A program made the position numbers and the translations under genes. Of a DNA stretch of 64,000 nucleotides, positions 47,085-55,940 are shown piece after piece; position 1 is the stretch's first letter; the number at the start of each line of letters is the position of its first letter. Origin of the DNA: Acidobacteriota bacterium (GTDB lineage Bacteria; Acidobacteriota; UBA890; WLXD01); contig CBDBHB010000009.1 in assembly GCA_965205505.1 (NCBI GenBank), positions 832,001 through 896,000 of the forward strand, given 5' to 3'. Below the pieces are notes generated by a model. It was not told where the DNA came from. It saw only the letters and a list, made by a program, of their open reading frames with translations, and made no database searches.

Positions 47085-47976
47085 GCACCACACTCCCGAG
47101 AACGTACGTGTCGCCCTCGCGCGCCATCGACGTGTTGGGGAGGCGCTGTCTGGCCAGGCCTTCGATCGCGGCGAGCTCGTCATCGTTGTGGGCCGAATCG
47201 TGATGGAACAGCAGCAGCCTTCCGACACGCGCGGCGCTCGCCAGCTCGACGCCCGCTTCCCATGTGCTATGACCCCAGCCGACGCGGGTGGTGTATTTCG
47301 CCGGCGTGTACTGGGCATCGTAGATCAGCAGATCGGCCCCGGTTGCCGCGTCGCGGATCGCCTCGTCGACAATGGTGTCACCGTGCTCGTGATCAGATGC
47401 GTACAGCATCGACTGGCTTCCATCGTCGATCCGGAAGCCGCTCGCTCCCTGCGGGTGAGTCAGGGCCACCGGGGTTACGCGGGCGTCGCCGATCTCCATA
47501 CCTTCCGCTGGCAGGCTCACGAACCGTCGCTGCGCGGCGGTCTGGTCCAGGCGGATAGGGAAGAAGGGCGCCTGCATCTGGCCGTCCAGGGCGGCCTCGA
47601 TGCGGTCTCTGCTGGCGGCGGCGTAGAACACGATCTCGCTGCGCTCGTCGAACAGCGGTGCGAAGTACGGAATCCCCTGAATATGATCCCAGTGGAAGTG
47701 GGAGAGCAGCACATGCACGGTTGCCCCGCCGCTACTGAATTCGTCGTCGAGCGCCTCGCCAAGCCGGCGCATCCCCGTGCCGCCGTCGATCACCAGCACG
47801 TCGTTACTTGAAGTGCGCAGCTCCAAACACGGCGTGTTGCCCCCATGCCCGAGGTGGTCCGTCTGCGGTGTGGGCACGGAGCCACGAACTCCCCAGAAGC
47901 GAATCTGTGGCAGAGCGCCTGTGGTCGTTCCTTCAGTTGACGCGAGCATGACGCCCTCAGCGCTCATCGCCGGCAC
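47077..47976 (-). CDS. MBL-fold metallohydrolase (putative cyclic-nucleotide phosphodiesterase / RNase Z-like)
   Basis: FWGVRGS, GGNT.C, DGGTG, SHFHWDHIQG, HPQG, DHE, GWGHS and LFHHD motifs. Confidence 0.9.
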   Translation of the reverse strand: MPAMSAEGVMLASTEGTTTGALPQIRFWGVRGSVPTPQTDHLGHGGNTPCLELRTSSNDVLVIDGGTGMRRLGEALDDEFSSGGATVHVLLSHFHWDHIQGIPYFAPLFDERSEIVFYAAASRDRIEAALDGQMQAPFFPIRLDQTAAQRRFVSLPAEGMEIGDARVTPVALTHPQGASGFRIDDGSQSMLYASDHEHGDTIVDEAIRDAATGADLLIYDAQYTPAKYTTRVGWGHSTWEAGVELASAARVGRLLLFHHDSAHNDDELAAIEGLARQRLPNTSMAREGDTYVLGSVVRD

Positions 47977-47980
47977 GCAG

Positions 47981-47996
47981 TGTTACAGGCCACTAG
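47981..47996 (+). repeat. Solo element end
   Basis: tgttacaggccactag matches 29009-29024 at 15/16. Confidence 0.6.
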
Positions 47997-48082
47997 TGCC
48001 AGGCTGTTGACTGCCTCGTTGACTGCGCCATTCTACTTGTCCGGACGCTTGTCGTCGGGGCTGGTCGATCAACGGCCGCGGC

Positions 48083-49135
48083 TCAGCGTCGGAGCCCGAA
48101 GAACAGCTGGGTCTCGCAGGGCACCGACAACGTCTCGAACCGTTCGAACCCGGCCTCGGCAGCCAGCCTCTGCGCGCCCTCCGTTCCGATCAGCGTTCCC
48201 AGGCCGGGCCCGCCGGCTGCCAGCGATATGGTCAAACAGTGGAATGGGCTCAGGGCGGCTCGCATGCGGGACAGCGTGTCGCGATTTTCGAGCGGGTTCA
48301 CCGACCCGGTGGGCTCCGACCACACCAGTAGCCCGTCGTCGCTGAGGTGCTCTCGGATCGTTCGCAGTGCCCCGACCGGGTCGGCCATGTCGTGAATGCA
48401 GTCGATGGCGAGAGCCAGCTCGAAACGCAGGTCGGGCTCGATACGTTGCAGCGGCAGGGCCACGAACTCGGCGTTGACGACCCCACCCTCAACAGCCAGG
48501 GCGCGGGCGAACTCGATGCTGGGCGGGTGGGGATCGACGCCGAGCACGCTGGAGCGCGGATACGCGCGGGCTATGGCAATGGTGGAGCGCCCCAGCCCGC
48601 ACCCCACGTCGAGCACCCTGATGCCCTCTTCCAGGAGGGCGTTGACACCGGCAATGGCCGTCAGCCATTCGTCGGTGAGTAGGTGATCGAACCAGGCGCG
48701 GTGCATCCGATCGATGGCCGCCGGTACCTCTGGGTGCAGCTCGTCGTAGGCGATGCCTCCGCCGTTTCGAAACACTTCCATCAGCTGTTCGGTGCGTAGC
48801 AGCGACGGCAGCGTGAAATGGAAGGTGCCGGCACCGAACACGGCAGAGCCCTCGTCCACGAGTACGGCGTGCTGCTCCTCGGTCATCGCGTACTTCTCGG
48901 CTGCGTCGTCGTACTCGATGTAGCCGAATGCCGCCAACGCCTTGAGCCACTCACGCACGTAGCGTTCGTTCAGGTCGGTGGCTGCTGCCAGTGCGAAGCT
49001 GTCGGCCGGGCCGAATTGCGCGACGGCGGCGAACAGTCCGAGGCGGTCACCGATGTAAGCAAGGCCGGACACGAACGCGCCGCCGGTGTCGCGTCGAATC
49101 TGTTTGAGAAGCTGCTGTACGGTTTCGTCGTTCAT
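48083..49135 (-). CDS. wHTH-methyltransferase (Rv2258c-like)
   Basis: IGDRLGLF, LNERYVREWL, VLDVGCGLG and DCIHDMADP motifs; start set at ATG 49135. Confidence 0.9.
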   Translation of the reverse strand: MNDETVQQLLKQIRRDTGGAFVSGLAYIGDRLGLFAAVAQFGPADSFALAAATDLNERYVREWLKALAAFGYIEYDDAAEKYAMTEEQHAVLVDEGSAVFGAGTFHFTLPSLLRTEQLMEVFRNGGGIAYDELHPEVPAAIDRMHRAWFDHLLTDEWLTAIAGVNALLEEGIRVLDVGCGLGRSTIAIARAYPRSSVLGVDPHPPSIEFARALAVEGGVVNAEFVALPLQRIEPDLRFELALAIDCIHDMADPVGALRTIREHLSDDGLLVWSEPTGSVNPLENRDTLSRMRAALSPFHCLTISLAAGGPGLGTLIGTEGAQRLAAEAGFERFETLSVPCETQLFFGLRR

Positions 49136-49149
49136 GCTCCTGACGGCGC

Positions 49150-50637
49150 TCAGCCGAATAACTGGATACCGAATACGCGGGCCGCGATCAAGATTCCGCT
49201 GAGTCCAGTGAACACTACCAGCGACGCGCCACTGAACCAGATCGCGAACCGTGACGGGTAATACTGCCTGGCGTGCTTCGGAATGATGGTCAGGCAGTAG
49301 TAGAGATTGAGGAAGAAGATCACCGGCGCGACGAAGAAGGCGAGTGCGGAGGCTACCAGCACCAGGAACACCGGACGCGGCAGACCAATGATGATCGCTA
49401 CTGCCGAGACCAGCGAGAAGAACATCGTGGCGCGGTAGATGTTGTACTCGGAAGACCACGCGGTGCGGTGCTCCTCGGTGAGCTCGGCGCCGGCGGTCCC
49501 CTGCAGTCGGGCGGTGCTATGGAACATGTTGCGGCAGCAGGCGCCGACGACGCGGGGCCAGCCATCGAAGTAGTTGAAGACGGTCGAGAACGTGGCCGCA
49601 AAAGCACCGACCAGAAACACGACCATCATCCAGGGGCCTACGCTATTGGTAAAGATACCGGCGATCTCGCCCATCACCGCGCGCCCCTCGACCGGGCTGG
49701 GATAGAGCCATACCGCCGCCAGCAGCAGGAAGATGCACGCCATGCCGAACGACACCACGTGCCCGAGACGGAAGTCCCAGAGGCTGATGCGGAACCAGTC
49801 TCGACAGTACTCCTGCGCCGCCTCGGGTAGCCGATCAGGGTCCACTGTGAGGTCTTCTTTCCTCGATGAAAACGGATCGAACGCCTTGGCCAGTCCGCGT
49901 CGCTCCAACTCAGGCCGGATCCGGCTCATGCCGGCGCGCTTGGCCTTGCCCCACTCGGAAGCCTGCAGCGAAACGTCCAGTCCGGTCGGTAACAGTCCGA
50001 GGAACGCTGCAATGAGCAGCCACGACCCGACCGGAGTTTCTACGATCCAGAAGTGCTGCAGCGCAGCAAGCGGTGCCGGCCTTACCAGGTACACGGCAAT
50101 CGTCGTTAGGCACAATGCGATAGCGGCAGCCTTGGCGGTGTTCTCGACCGCACGATAGCTGCCGGCCAACAGTATGGTTACCGAAAAGACACCCAACACG
50201 ACTGCGTATGCTCCAAGCGGTAGCGGCAATCCGAACGACACCGTGAACACCGAGTAGAGCACCGCGGATGCGGCGATCAGCCGCCCAGCCTGCCCAATTG
50301 CACATTGCACCAGCGTGGTCACCAGCACGTACCAGAGCGGCCATTTCTTCCAGGCCGTGCCGTATGCTTCGAGGAGGCTCTTACCGGTCGCGCTGGTGAA
50401 GCGGAAGGCCATCTCGAAGCCGTAGTACTTGAAGATGTAAGCGACCGGGATGCACCACAGCAGGGCGTACTGGAAACGACCGCCGGCGGTGGGAGCGGTG
50501 ATCAGGTGGCTGGTGCCGATGCCAGTCATCATCAGGATGATGCCGGGGCCGAAGTAGCCCATCAGGCCGCGCAGCGTCAGGTTGGGGGGGCGGAGCCCCT
50601 CGAGGTCGAGGTTCTCGGTCGAAGGGCTCATGGCCAT
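49150..50637 (-). CDS. Nramp-like divalent metal transporter
   Basis: FGPGIILMMTGIGTSHL, FQYALLW, TGKSLL, AATFST…DGWPR; ~11 TMs; AGGAG RBS. Confidence 0.8.
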   Translation of the reverse strand: MAMSPSTENLDLEGLRPPNLTLRGLMGYFGPGIILMMTGIGTSHLITAPTAGGRFQYALLWCIPVAYIFKYYGFEMAFRFTSATGKSLLEAYGTAWKKWPLWYVLVTTLVQCAIGQAGRLIAASAVLYSVFTVSFGLPLPLGAYAVVLGVFSVTILLAGSYRAVENTAKAAAIALCLTTIAVYLVRPAPLAALQHFWIVETPVGSWLLIAAFLGLLPTGLDVSLQASEWGKAKRAGMSRIRPELERRGLAKAFDPFSSRKEDLTVDPDRLPEAAQEYCRDWFRISLWDFRLGHVVSFGMACIFLLLAAVWLYPSPVEGRAVMGEIAGIFTNSVGPWMMVVFLVGAFAATFSTVFNYFDGWPRVVGACCRNMFHSTARLQGTAGAELTEEHRTAWSSEYNIYRATMFFSLVSAVAIIIGLPRPVFLVLVASALAFFVAPVIFFLNLYYCLTIIPKHARQYYPSRFAIWFSGASLVVFTGLSGILIAARVFGIQLFG

Positions 50638-50763
50638 CAAACTTCTCCTGGCTCGCTTGGTGGGCGATTTCTTGCAGCAGCCGCTCCGATGCTGAGCTAA
50701 CGTATCGACTGATGCAAGGGTCGCGAATCCTCGCCGCTTGCAAACCGGGACGACGCGCCAACT

Positions 50764-50826
50764 ATGACCGATTCGCGCATTCCTAGGCGCGTTCTCCTTG
50801 GGCCTGGTCCGAGCCATGTCGATGAC
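50764..50826 (+). pseudogene. 5' stub of a class V aminotransferase (alanine-glyoxylate type)
   Basis: MTDSRIPRRVLLGPGPSHV; the resemblance stops after ~20 codons. Confidence 0.6.
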
Positions 50827-50855
50827 GTGGCATCGAGATCGGCGGCGGGCGGGGT

Positions 50856-51029
50856 TTACCCGTGCACGTACGTCAGCGAGGCTGGTTGCAACACCCCTAG
50901 CGCACCGGCCTCGGAAGCCGCCGCCACCAACTCCGGGTTGGAGTATGGGTACATGGGACCGCAGATCAGCGGCACCTCGACGCCGGCGTGCCGCGTGAGA
51001 TCAGTGGCCAGCGAAGCCAGGGTGCTCAA
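50856..51029 (-). pseudogene. 5' stub of a nitronate monooxygenase-family gene (57 aa, below the ORF-track cutoff)
   Basis: TTG start overlapping the upstream TGA, GGAGGAG RBS; GVEVPLICGPMYPYSNPELVAAASEAGALGVLQP…VHG*. Confidence 0.75.
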
Positions 51030-51511
51030 GTGCTCCTCCGATCCAGCCGCCAGGTCGCGGTTAGCCTAGCGACTTCTTCGCCTGCGCCATCGCGGATCAC
51101 AGCGGCCGGATGATAGTCCATCGGCCCCGCGACCTCCGGTGGGTTACAGCTACACTCCGCGCAGAGCGTTCCTCGTGCTTTCTTGACGTATTCGATCTGC
51201 AGCGCCACGGCAATGCCGCGGATTTCCGGGGCCAGGCCGGTCAGCATGGCCAGCCCGCTGCACAGCTCCCCGAGGTTTGCCAACGCCACAGCATGCACTG
51301 AATCGAGGTGATTGCGAACGCGTCGACGGTCGCGCAGGGTCACGCGACAGTATCCCGGCCGCAAATCGACGATCTGCGCGCCGATACTGCCCGTATAGGG
51401 CGCCATCCGTCCGACTAGCCAGGAGAACATCCGCTTGCCGCCGGGTAGCCGGCTCAGGCGGCCCCAGTTGGCCATCAACGTGGTTTCCGGAGCGGGGCGA
51501 GAGCGCCTCAT
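51026..51511 (-). CDS. Hotdog-fold (DUF4442/PaaI-like) thioesterase
   Basis: [18 protein letters not shown] and IEYVKKARG motifs; AGGAGG RBS before ATG 51511. Confidence 0.88.
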   Translation of the reverse strand: MRRSRPAPETTLMANWGRLSRLPGGKRMFSWLVGRMAPYTGSIGAQIVDLRPGYCRVTLRDRRRVRNHLDSVHAVALANLGELCSGLAMLTGLAPEIRGIAVALQIEYVKKARGTLCAECSCNPPEVAGPMDYHPAAVIRDGAGEEVARLTATWRLDRRST

Positions 51512-51585
51512 GGGCTGCCTCCTGACTCGATCTCGAGGTAACTGATCGCGCCGCTTGGGGCGGCGCCGCAGCGGGTCACGGGTCG

Positions 51586-52359
51586 CTAGCTCAGATCCGC
51601 GATGACAGGGGCGTGATCGGAAGCAATGAGCCCCTCCTTCTTCTTGCGATAGTCGCGATCGATCCAAACGTCTTCAATGCGTTCGCATAGCGCCGGCGTG
51701 CCGAGCAGAAAATCGATGCGGAGTCCCATGCCTCGGTGAAACGCGCCGCCCCGGTAGTCCCACCAGGAGAACTTCTGCTCATCGGGGTACCGTAGGCGGA
51801 AAAGATCTTCCAAGCCTCCGTCGAGCAGACGCTTGAAGGCCCGACGTTCCTCGTCGGTATGAAAGATGGCGCCACGCATGGCGCTCTCGTTCCAGCTGTC
51901 GATTCCCTCAGGGCAGATGTTGAAGTCGCCGCAGAGAACGGTCTGTTTCCCCGCCGGGCTCGACGTAGCCATGTGATCGATCAACGAGTCGAACCAGGCG
52001 AGCTTCCTCGGGAAGTCCTCGTGATCGACGGTCTTGCCGTTGGGCACGTAGATGGTGGTGAAGTCCAGGTTGCCGATCCGGGCAGTCAGCAGTCGCGCCC
52101 CGCGCTCCTCCTGACCTGGCAGACCGACCTGCAGAAGCTCGGCTGGCTCGCGACTCAAGATCGCCACGCCGTTCCACGCCTTCTGGCCGTGGGCGACGGC
52201 ATGATAGCCCTCCGCCTGAAATGCCAGATGCGGAAACTTGTCGTCGGCTGTCTTGAGCTCTTGCAAGCCCACCACGTCGGGCTGGCGCGCGCGTAACCAA
52301 TGCGATACGAAATCGATTCGGGCGCCGAGACCGTTGATGTTCCAGGTTGCGATGCGCAT
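51586..52359 (-). CDS. xth: Exodeoxyribonuclease III
   Basis: [38 protein letters not shown] and SDHAP motifs. Confidence 0.96.
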   Translation of the reverse strand: MRIATWNINGLGARIDFVSHWLRARQPDVVGLQELKTADDKFPHLAFQAEGYHAVAHGQKAWNGVAILSREPAELLQVGLPGQEERGARLLTARIGNLDFTTIYVPNGKTVDHEDFPRKLAWFDSLIDHMATSSPAGKQTVLCGDFNICPEGIDSWNESAMRGAIFHTDEERRAFKRLLDGGLEDLFRLRYPDEQKFSWWDYRGGAFHRGMGLRIDFLLGTPALCERIEDVWIDRDYRKKKEGLIASDHAPVIADLS

Positions 52360-52594
52360 CAGGCGATCAGGGTCGGTGGATCGGTCCGGGAACAGAGCAC
52401 GTTAACCGGCCGGCAATCGACCCGCCAGCCGAACTTTCCATTCGCCGGACTGGCCAGTGAGGGGCGCAGGAGCGTATGCTCGATTGAGCATCTCCGCAAA
52501 GGGGCGAAAGCGTTCGATCTTCGGCGCCTGTGGCGCACGGTCGAAATGGCCGGGGATCTGGTTCGGGAGGCGCGAACCGGAGGCGTATAGCGTC

Positions 52595-53884
52595 GTGTTT
52601 CGCGCACTGTTCAACTTCGTCAAGTCGCCTGTCCACACCTTTCCCGCTCTCGCCGCCGCCATCGGGTGCCTGGTCTCGGGCTACAGCACGTTCAACGGCA
52701 TCTCCGAGATCTTCCCCGATTTCCGCTACTCGGTTCTTGCGGCGCTCGGCTTGGCGGCCATTATCCAGCTGGGGATGCTGACCTCGGCGCTCCGACTACG
52801 CGAGCGTAGCCGCTATCAGCCGATGCTCGTGGCCGTCATCGTCTTCACCGTGGTGATGTCCAGCTTTACTTCGTATGTCTTCTACTACCGTGGCTTCTCC
52901 GAGGAGACCATCGCCAAGGAGCGTCGCGTCGAGCGCTACGAGTCGCTCCGCGCGTATCTCGTGGACGCATGCACGCAGACCTCCGGCACGCTGGGCACGC
53001 TAAAGGAGGCGTCCGCCGAGCTGCGCCGTCGCATCGAGATCGAGCAGGCCAGCGGCGGCGGTCTGCGCAATATCTCCAGTCCCTACCTGCAGCAGCTCAT
53101 CGCCGAGTCCGACCTGCTCGTTGACCTGCAGCGCGTCCAGAGTGGCACCGGCGAGCGCTATCGGTTCTTGACCAGTGTGTTGCCGCGCATCGAGCAGATG
53201 GAGATGGAGGTCGGTGGATCGCTGCAAGCCATCGACGCGGAGATTGCCACGCTGACCGACGGCACCGAGATCGACCATGGGGCGCTGAGGGCCTCCTACT
53301 CGCGCGCCTCGGCGGTGATTCCCGCGGATCGCATCCGCGAGGTTCGAGGCGAGTTCACGGCACGCTCGGTCGACCCGGCGATTCTCGACACGCGCCCGCT
53401 CGAGCAAGAGGAGTACTGGCAACGGGCGATGGGCGACATGGTCGCCGGCAGCCCCGCCGCAGTCGTGTTTGCCTTCATCGCGCTGTTCATCGACACCATG
53501 ATCGTCTTCTTCGCGTTCATTGCAGGCGAGTCGCGAGCGCGGCCGGCGATGCCACATGTGTCGCTGGCCCACTGGATGAAGATGGCCTACGAGCAGCGCG
53601 TCGAGGAGGGCGTGCGTCGCTGGCTGGGGGCGCTCGATGGTGTGCGAATCCAGCGTGGCAACGCATACTTGCATCGCCTGGACGCGCGCCGTCTCGACGA
53701 TGCCCGCGACGGCCAGTGCGCGCGCTTTCTGCGCCAGGACGGTTATCTACGCCAGGTAGTGCTGGAAGACGGCCAGACCCACTGGTGTCTTACCGACGCT
53801 GCCTACGCTGCGTTGGTCGAAATGACCATGCGAGCGGCCGCCGAGATGCTGCCGGTCGCGGAGCCCGAGGCGGCAACGTTATAG
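52595..53884 (+). CDS. Uncharacterised membrane protein: 3 TM, coiled coil, TM, wHTH-like C-terminus
   Basis: Hydrophobic segments, long helical region, C-terminal FLRQDGYL…WCLTDAAY; GGAGG before GTG 52595. Confidence 0.75.
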   Translation: MFRALFNFVKSPVHTFPALAAAIGCLVSGYSTFNGISEIFPDFRYSVLAALGLAAIIQLGMLTSALRLRERSRYQPMLVAVIVFTVVMSSFTSYVFYYRGFSEETIAKERRVERYESLRAYLVDACTQTSGTLGTLKEASAELRRRIEIEQASGGGLRNISSPYLQQLIAESDLLVDLQRVQSGTGERYRFLTSVLPRIEQMEMEVGGSLQAIDAEIATLTDGTEIDHGALRASYSRASAVIPADRIREVRGEFTARSVDPAILDTRPLEQEEYWQRAMGDMVAGSPAAVVFAFIALFIDTMIVFFAFIAGESRARPAMPHVSLAHWMKMAYEQRVEEGVRRWLGALDGVRIQRGNAYLHRLDARRLDDARDGQCARFLRQDGYLRQVVLEDGQTHWCLTDAAYAALVEMTMRAAAEMLPVAEPEAATL

Positions 53885-53896
53885 CGACGAATGACA

Positions 53897-53942
53897 GAAG
53901 CGGCCACCTCCCCTGGAATTGACCAGGGAGGTGGCCGCCTTC
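53897..53942. terminator. GC-rich hairpin between convergent genes (probable bidirectional terminator)
   Basis: gcggccacctcc(c)ctgg-aattga-ccagggaggtggccgc stem of ~16 bp. Confidence 0.7.
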
Positions 53943-53968
53943 TCGAACCTGTCGCTGCTGGCGTGAGC

Positions 53969-55909
53969 TCAGCAGGAGATGCAGTTGTGGTGGTTCTCCG
54001 AGCCGAGCGATTCAGCCAAGGCCATGGTCGCCGGATATGGACGCACGCGTTGCATAGGCCCGTTCGCCATGTCCGCGATTGTTTGCCCCCGGCGACTCAG
54101 CAGCAGCGGATCGGCGCCCTTCATGTAGAGGTAGACGACCATCTCGTTGTCGCCTCGCCCGGCCGCGTGATGCAGGGGTGAGTAGCCTTTGTCGTCCCTT
54201 GTGTTGACGTCGGCGCCGAGCTCTTCCACCAGGTACCGCACCGCCGGCATCCATCCGTCCGGCATGTGGCGGTGATGGTTTGCGGCGAACCCGGTGCCTT
54301 CGGCGTAGCCGGCGCCCGAAGCGATGTGGAGCGGGTAGATGGCTGGCCCGCCGATCTTCACCGGTGGCAAGCGGGAGTGATCGATCTCCTTCGTCCGACC
54401 GCGGCGATAGCGACGGCGAGGGATCTTGCGGGTCGGGACGTTCGGATCGGCGCCGTGCGCGACCAGCAGACGCATGACCTCGACATCGAGCGCCTGGGCG
54501 GCGCGCCAGAAAGGCGTCGCGCCGGTGGTGTCCGACTGCTGATCGAAGTTATACGCCTGGTACCAGAGTTTCTTGTTGAGCCGCACGTTCGGGTCGGCCC
54601 CGGCCTCGAGCAGCGCGGCGATCAGCTCCGCATGGGTAGTTTCCTGGTTCTTGTACGCGGTCTGTTGGGGATAGCTGGTCTTGGCCGGGTACTGCGCGTT
54701 AATCGCCGCGTAGACCGCGGTGCCGTTGGCCTCGCTCGCCAGGTTGGGGTCGGCACCGTATTCCAGCAGCATCATCGCCAGGTCGTACTGTCCGTTGATG
54801 GCGGCGATCAGCAGCGGGCTGGTGTCATCACCCGTGACCGGATTGACGTCGACGTCGTGGTCGAGGAGCGCGAGCGCCACACCGGCATGTCCGTCGCGAG
54901 CTGCGAAGTGGAGCGCGGTGAGGCCACCCTGCGCGAAAACGAGACCCGGGAAGGACCGCCGTTGCTGCATGAGCATCAGCTCTTCCTCTGTCAGGCCCCC
55001 GTCGTCGTCCTCGTCCGTAGGCTCCCCTTCGCTCGCCTCGGGCGTCGCGGCTGGCTCGGCCTCCGCGTCAACCTCGGCGGCAGGAGCAGGCTGCTCTGAG
55101 GGCTCCTCGCCGGGTTCTCCGCTCTCGTTCGTTTCCTCGCCCTCCGTCTCCGCCTCGCCAGCCTCATCTTCGGCCGGCTCCGCGTCGCCCTCAGCCTCCG
55201 CCGCCCGTGCAGCAGCCTCTTCCTCGACCTTGCGCAAAGCCGCGCGGCTGGCGCGGCGCAGCTGCTCCTCGTCGCGCAGCTCGTTTCCGGCAGCAACGAT
55301 GTCGACGACCTTGGTAGCGATCGCCGCGTCGGCGCCGCGCTCCAGCAACGCGTTGACCACGCTGAGACGGTTGTTGGCGACTGCGAACATCAGCGGTGTC
55401 TGTCCCCATGCGGACTCGAGCGTGTCTATGTCAGCACCGTGGTCGAGCAGCATCGCGACGACCTCGACGTTGCCCGTCGCCGCCGCGAAGTGAAGCGGGT
55501 TGGCCCCGCCAGCTGTCGTGGCCGCTTCGATATCGCTTCCCGCCTCCAGCAGCACGCGTACGACTTGCCGGTTGCCAGCTTTGCTGGCGAGGTGCAGCGG
55601 CCGGTAGGCGCCCATTCGCGTCCCGGCTTCGAGGTTTGCACCGGCGTAAATGAGCATCTCGGCGAGCTCGGCGGCGTCGTTCTCGGCTGCCCAGTGCAGC
55701 GCCGTCATACCGTCGGCCTGTGCAGCGTTGACGTCGGCAGCCTGGCGGAGCAACGCGCGGACCGCGTCCACATCGCCAGCCATCGCTGCGTCGGCCACGG
55801 GTGACTCGGCAGGCGTTGCGACCACGAGAGCAGGCAGGAAGATCGCGAGCGCCAGAGTCAACCAGAGCCGCCGACTCGCGTCAGGACGCCGTTTACGTGT
55901 TGCCGACAT
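53969..55909 (-). CDS. Secreted ankyrin-repeat protein with acidic insert and C-terminal CxxC
   Basis: Multiple GxTALHxAA/TPL repeats; Glu/Ala-rich linker; ends HHNCISC*. Confidence 0.93.
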   Translation of the reverse strand: MSATRKRRPDASRRLWLTLALAIFLPALVVATPAESPVADAAMAGDVDAVRALLRQAADVNAAQADGMTALHWAAENDAAELAEMLIYAGANLEAGTRMGAYRPLHLASKAGNRQVVRVLLEAGSDIEAATTAGGANPLHFAAATGNVEVVAMLLDHGADIDTLESAWGQTPLMFAVANNRLSVVNALLERGADAAIATKVVDIVAAGNELRDEEQLRRASRAALRKVEEEAAARAAEAEGDAEPAEDEAGEAETEGEETNESGEPGEEPSEQPAPAAEVDAEAEPAATPEASEGEPTDEDDDGGLTEEELMLMQQRRSFPGLVFAQGGLTALHFAARDGHAGVALALLDHDVDVNPVTGDDTSPLLIAAINGQYDLAMMLLEYGADPNLASEANGTAVYAAINAQYPAKTSYPQQTAYKNQETTHAELIAALLEAGADPNVRLNKKLWYQAYNFDQQSDTTGATPFWRAAQALDVEVMRLLVAHGADPNVPTRKIPRRRYRRGRTKEIDHSRLPPVKIGGPAIYPLHIASGAGYAEGTGFAANHHRHMPDGWMPAVRYLVEELGADVNTRDDKGYSPLHHAAGRGDNEMVVYLYMKGADPLLLSRRGQTIADMANGPMQRVRPYPATMALAESLGSENHHNCISC

Positions 55910-55940
55910 CGATTCAGTCCTCCGCCTTCGGTTTTCGTTA

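Noticed and set aside
52475-52590. Possible receiver-domain remnant (IEHLRKGAKAFDLRRLWRTVE)
   Set aside because: Resemblance too short and degenerate to call without a search.
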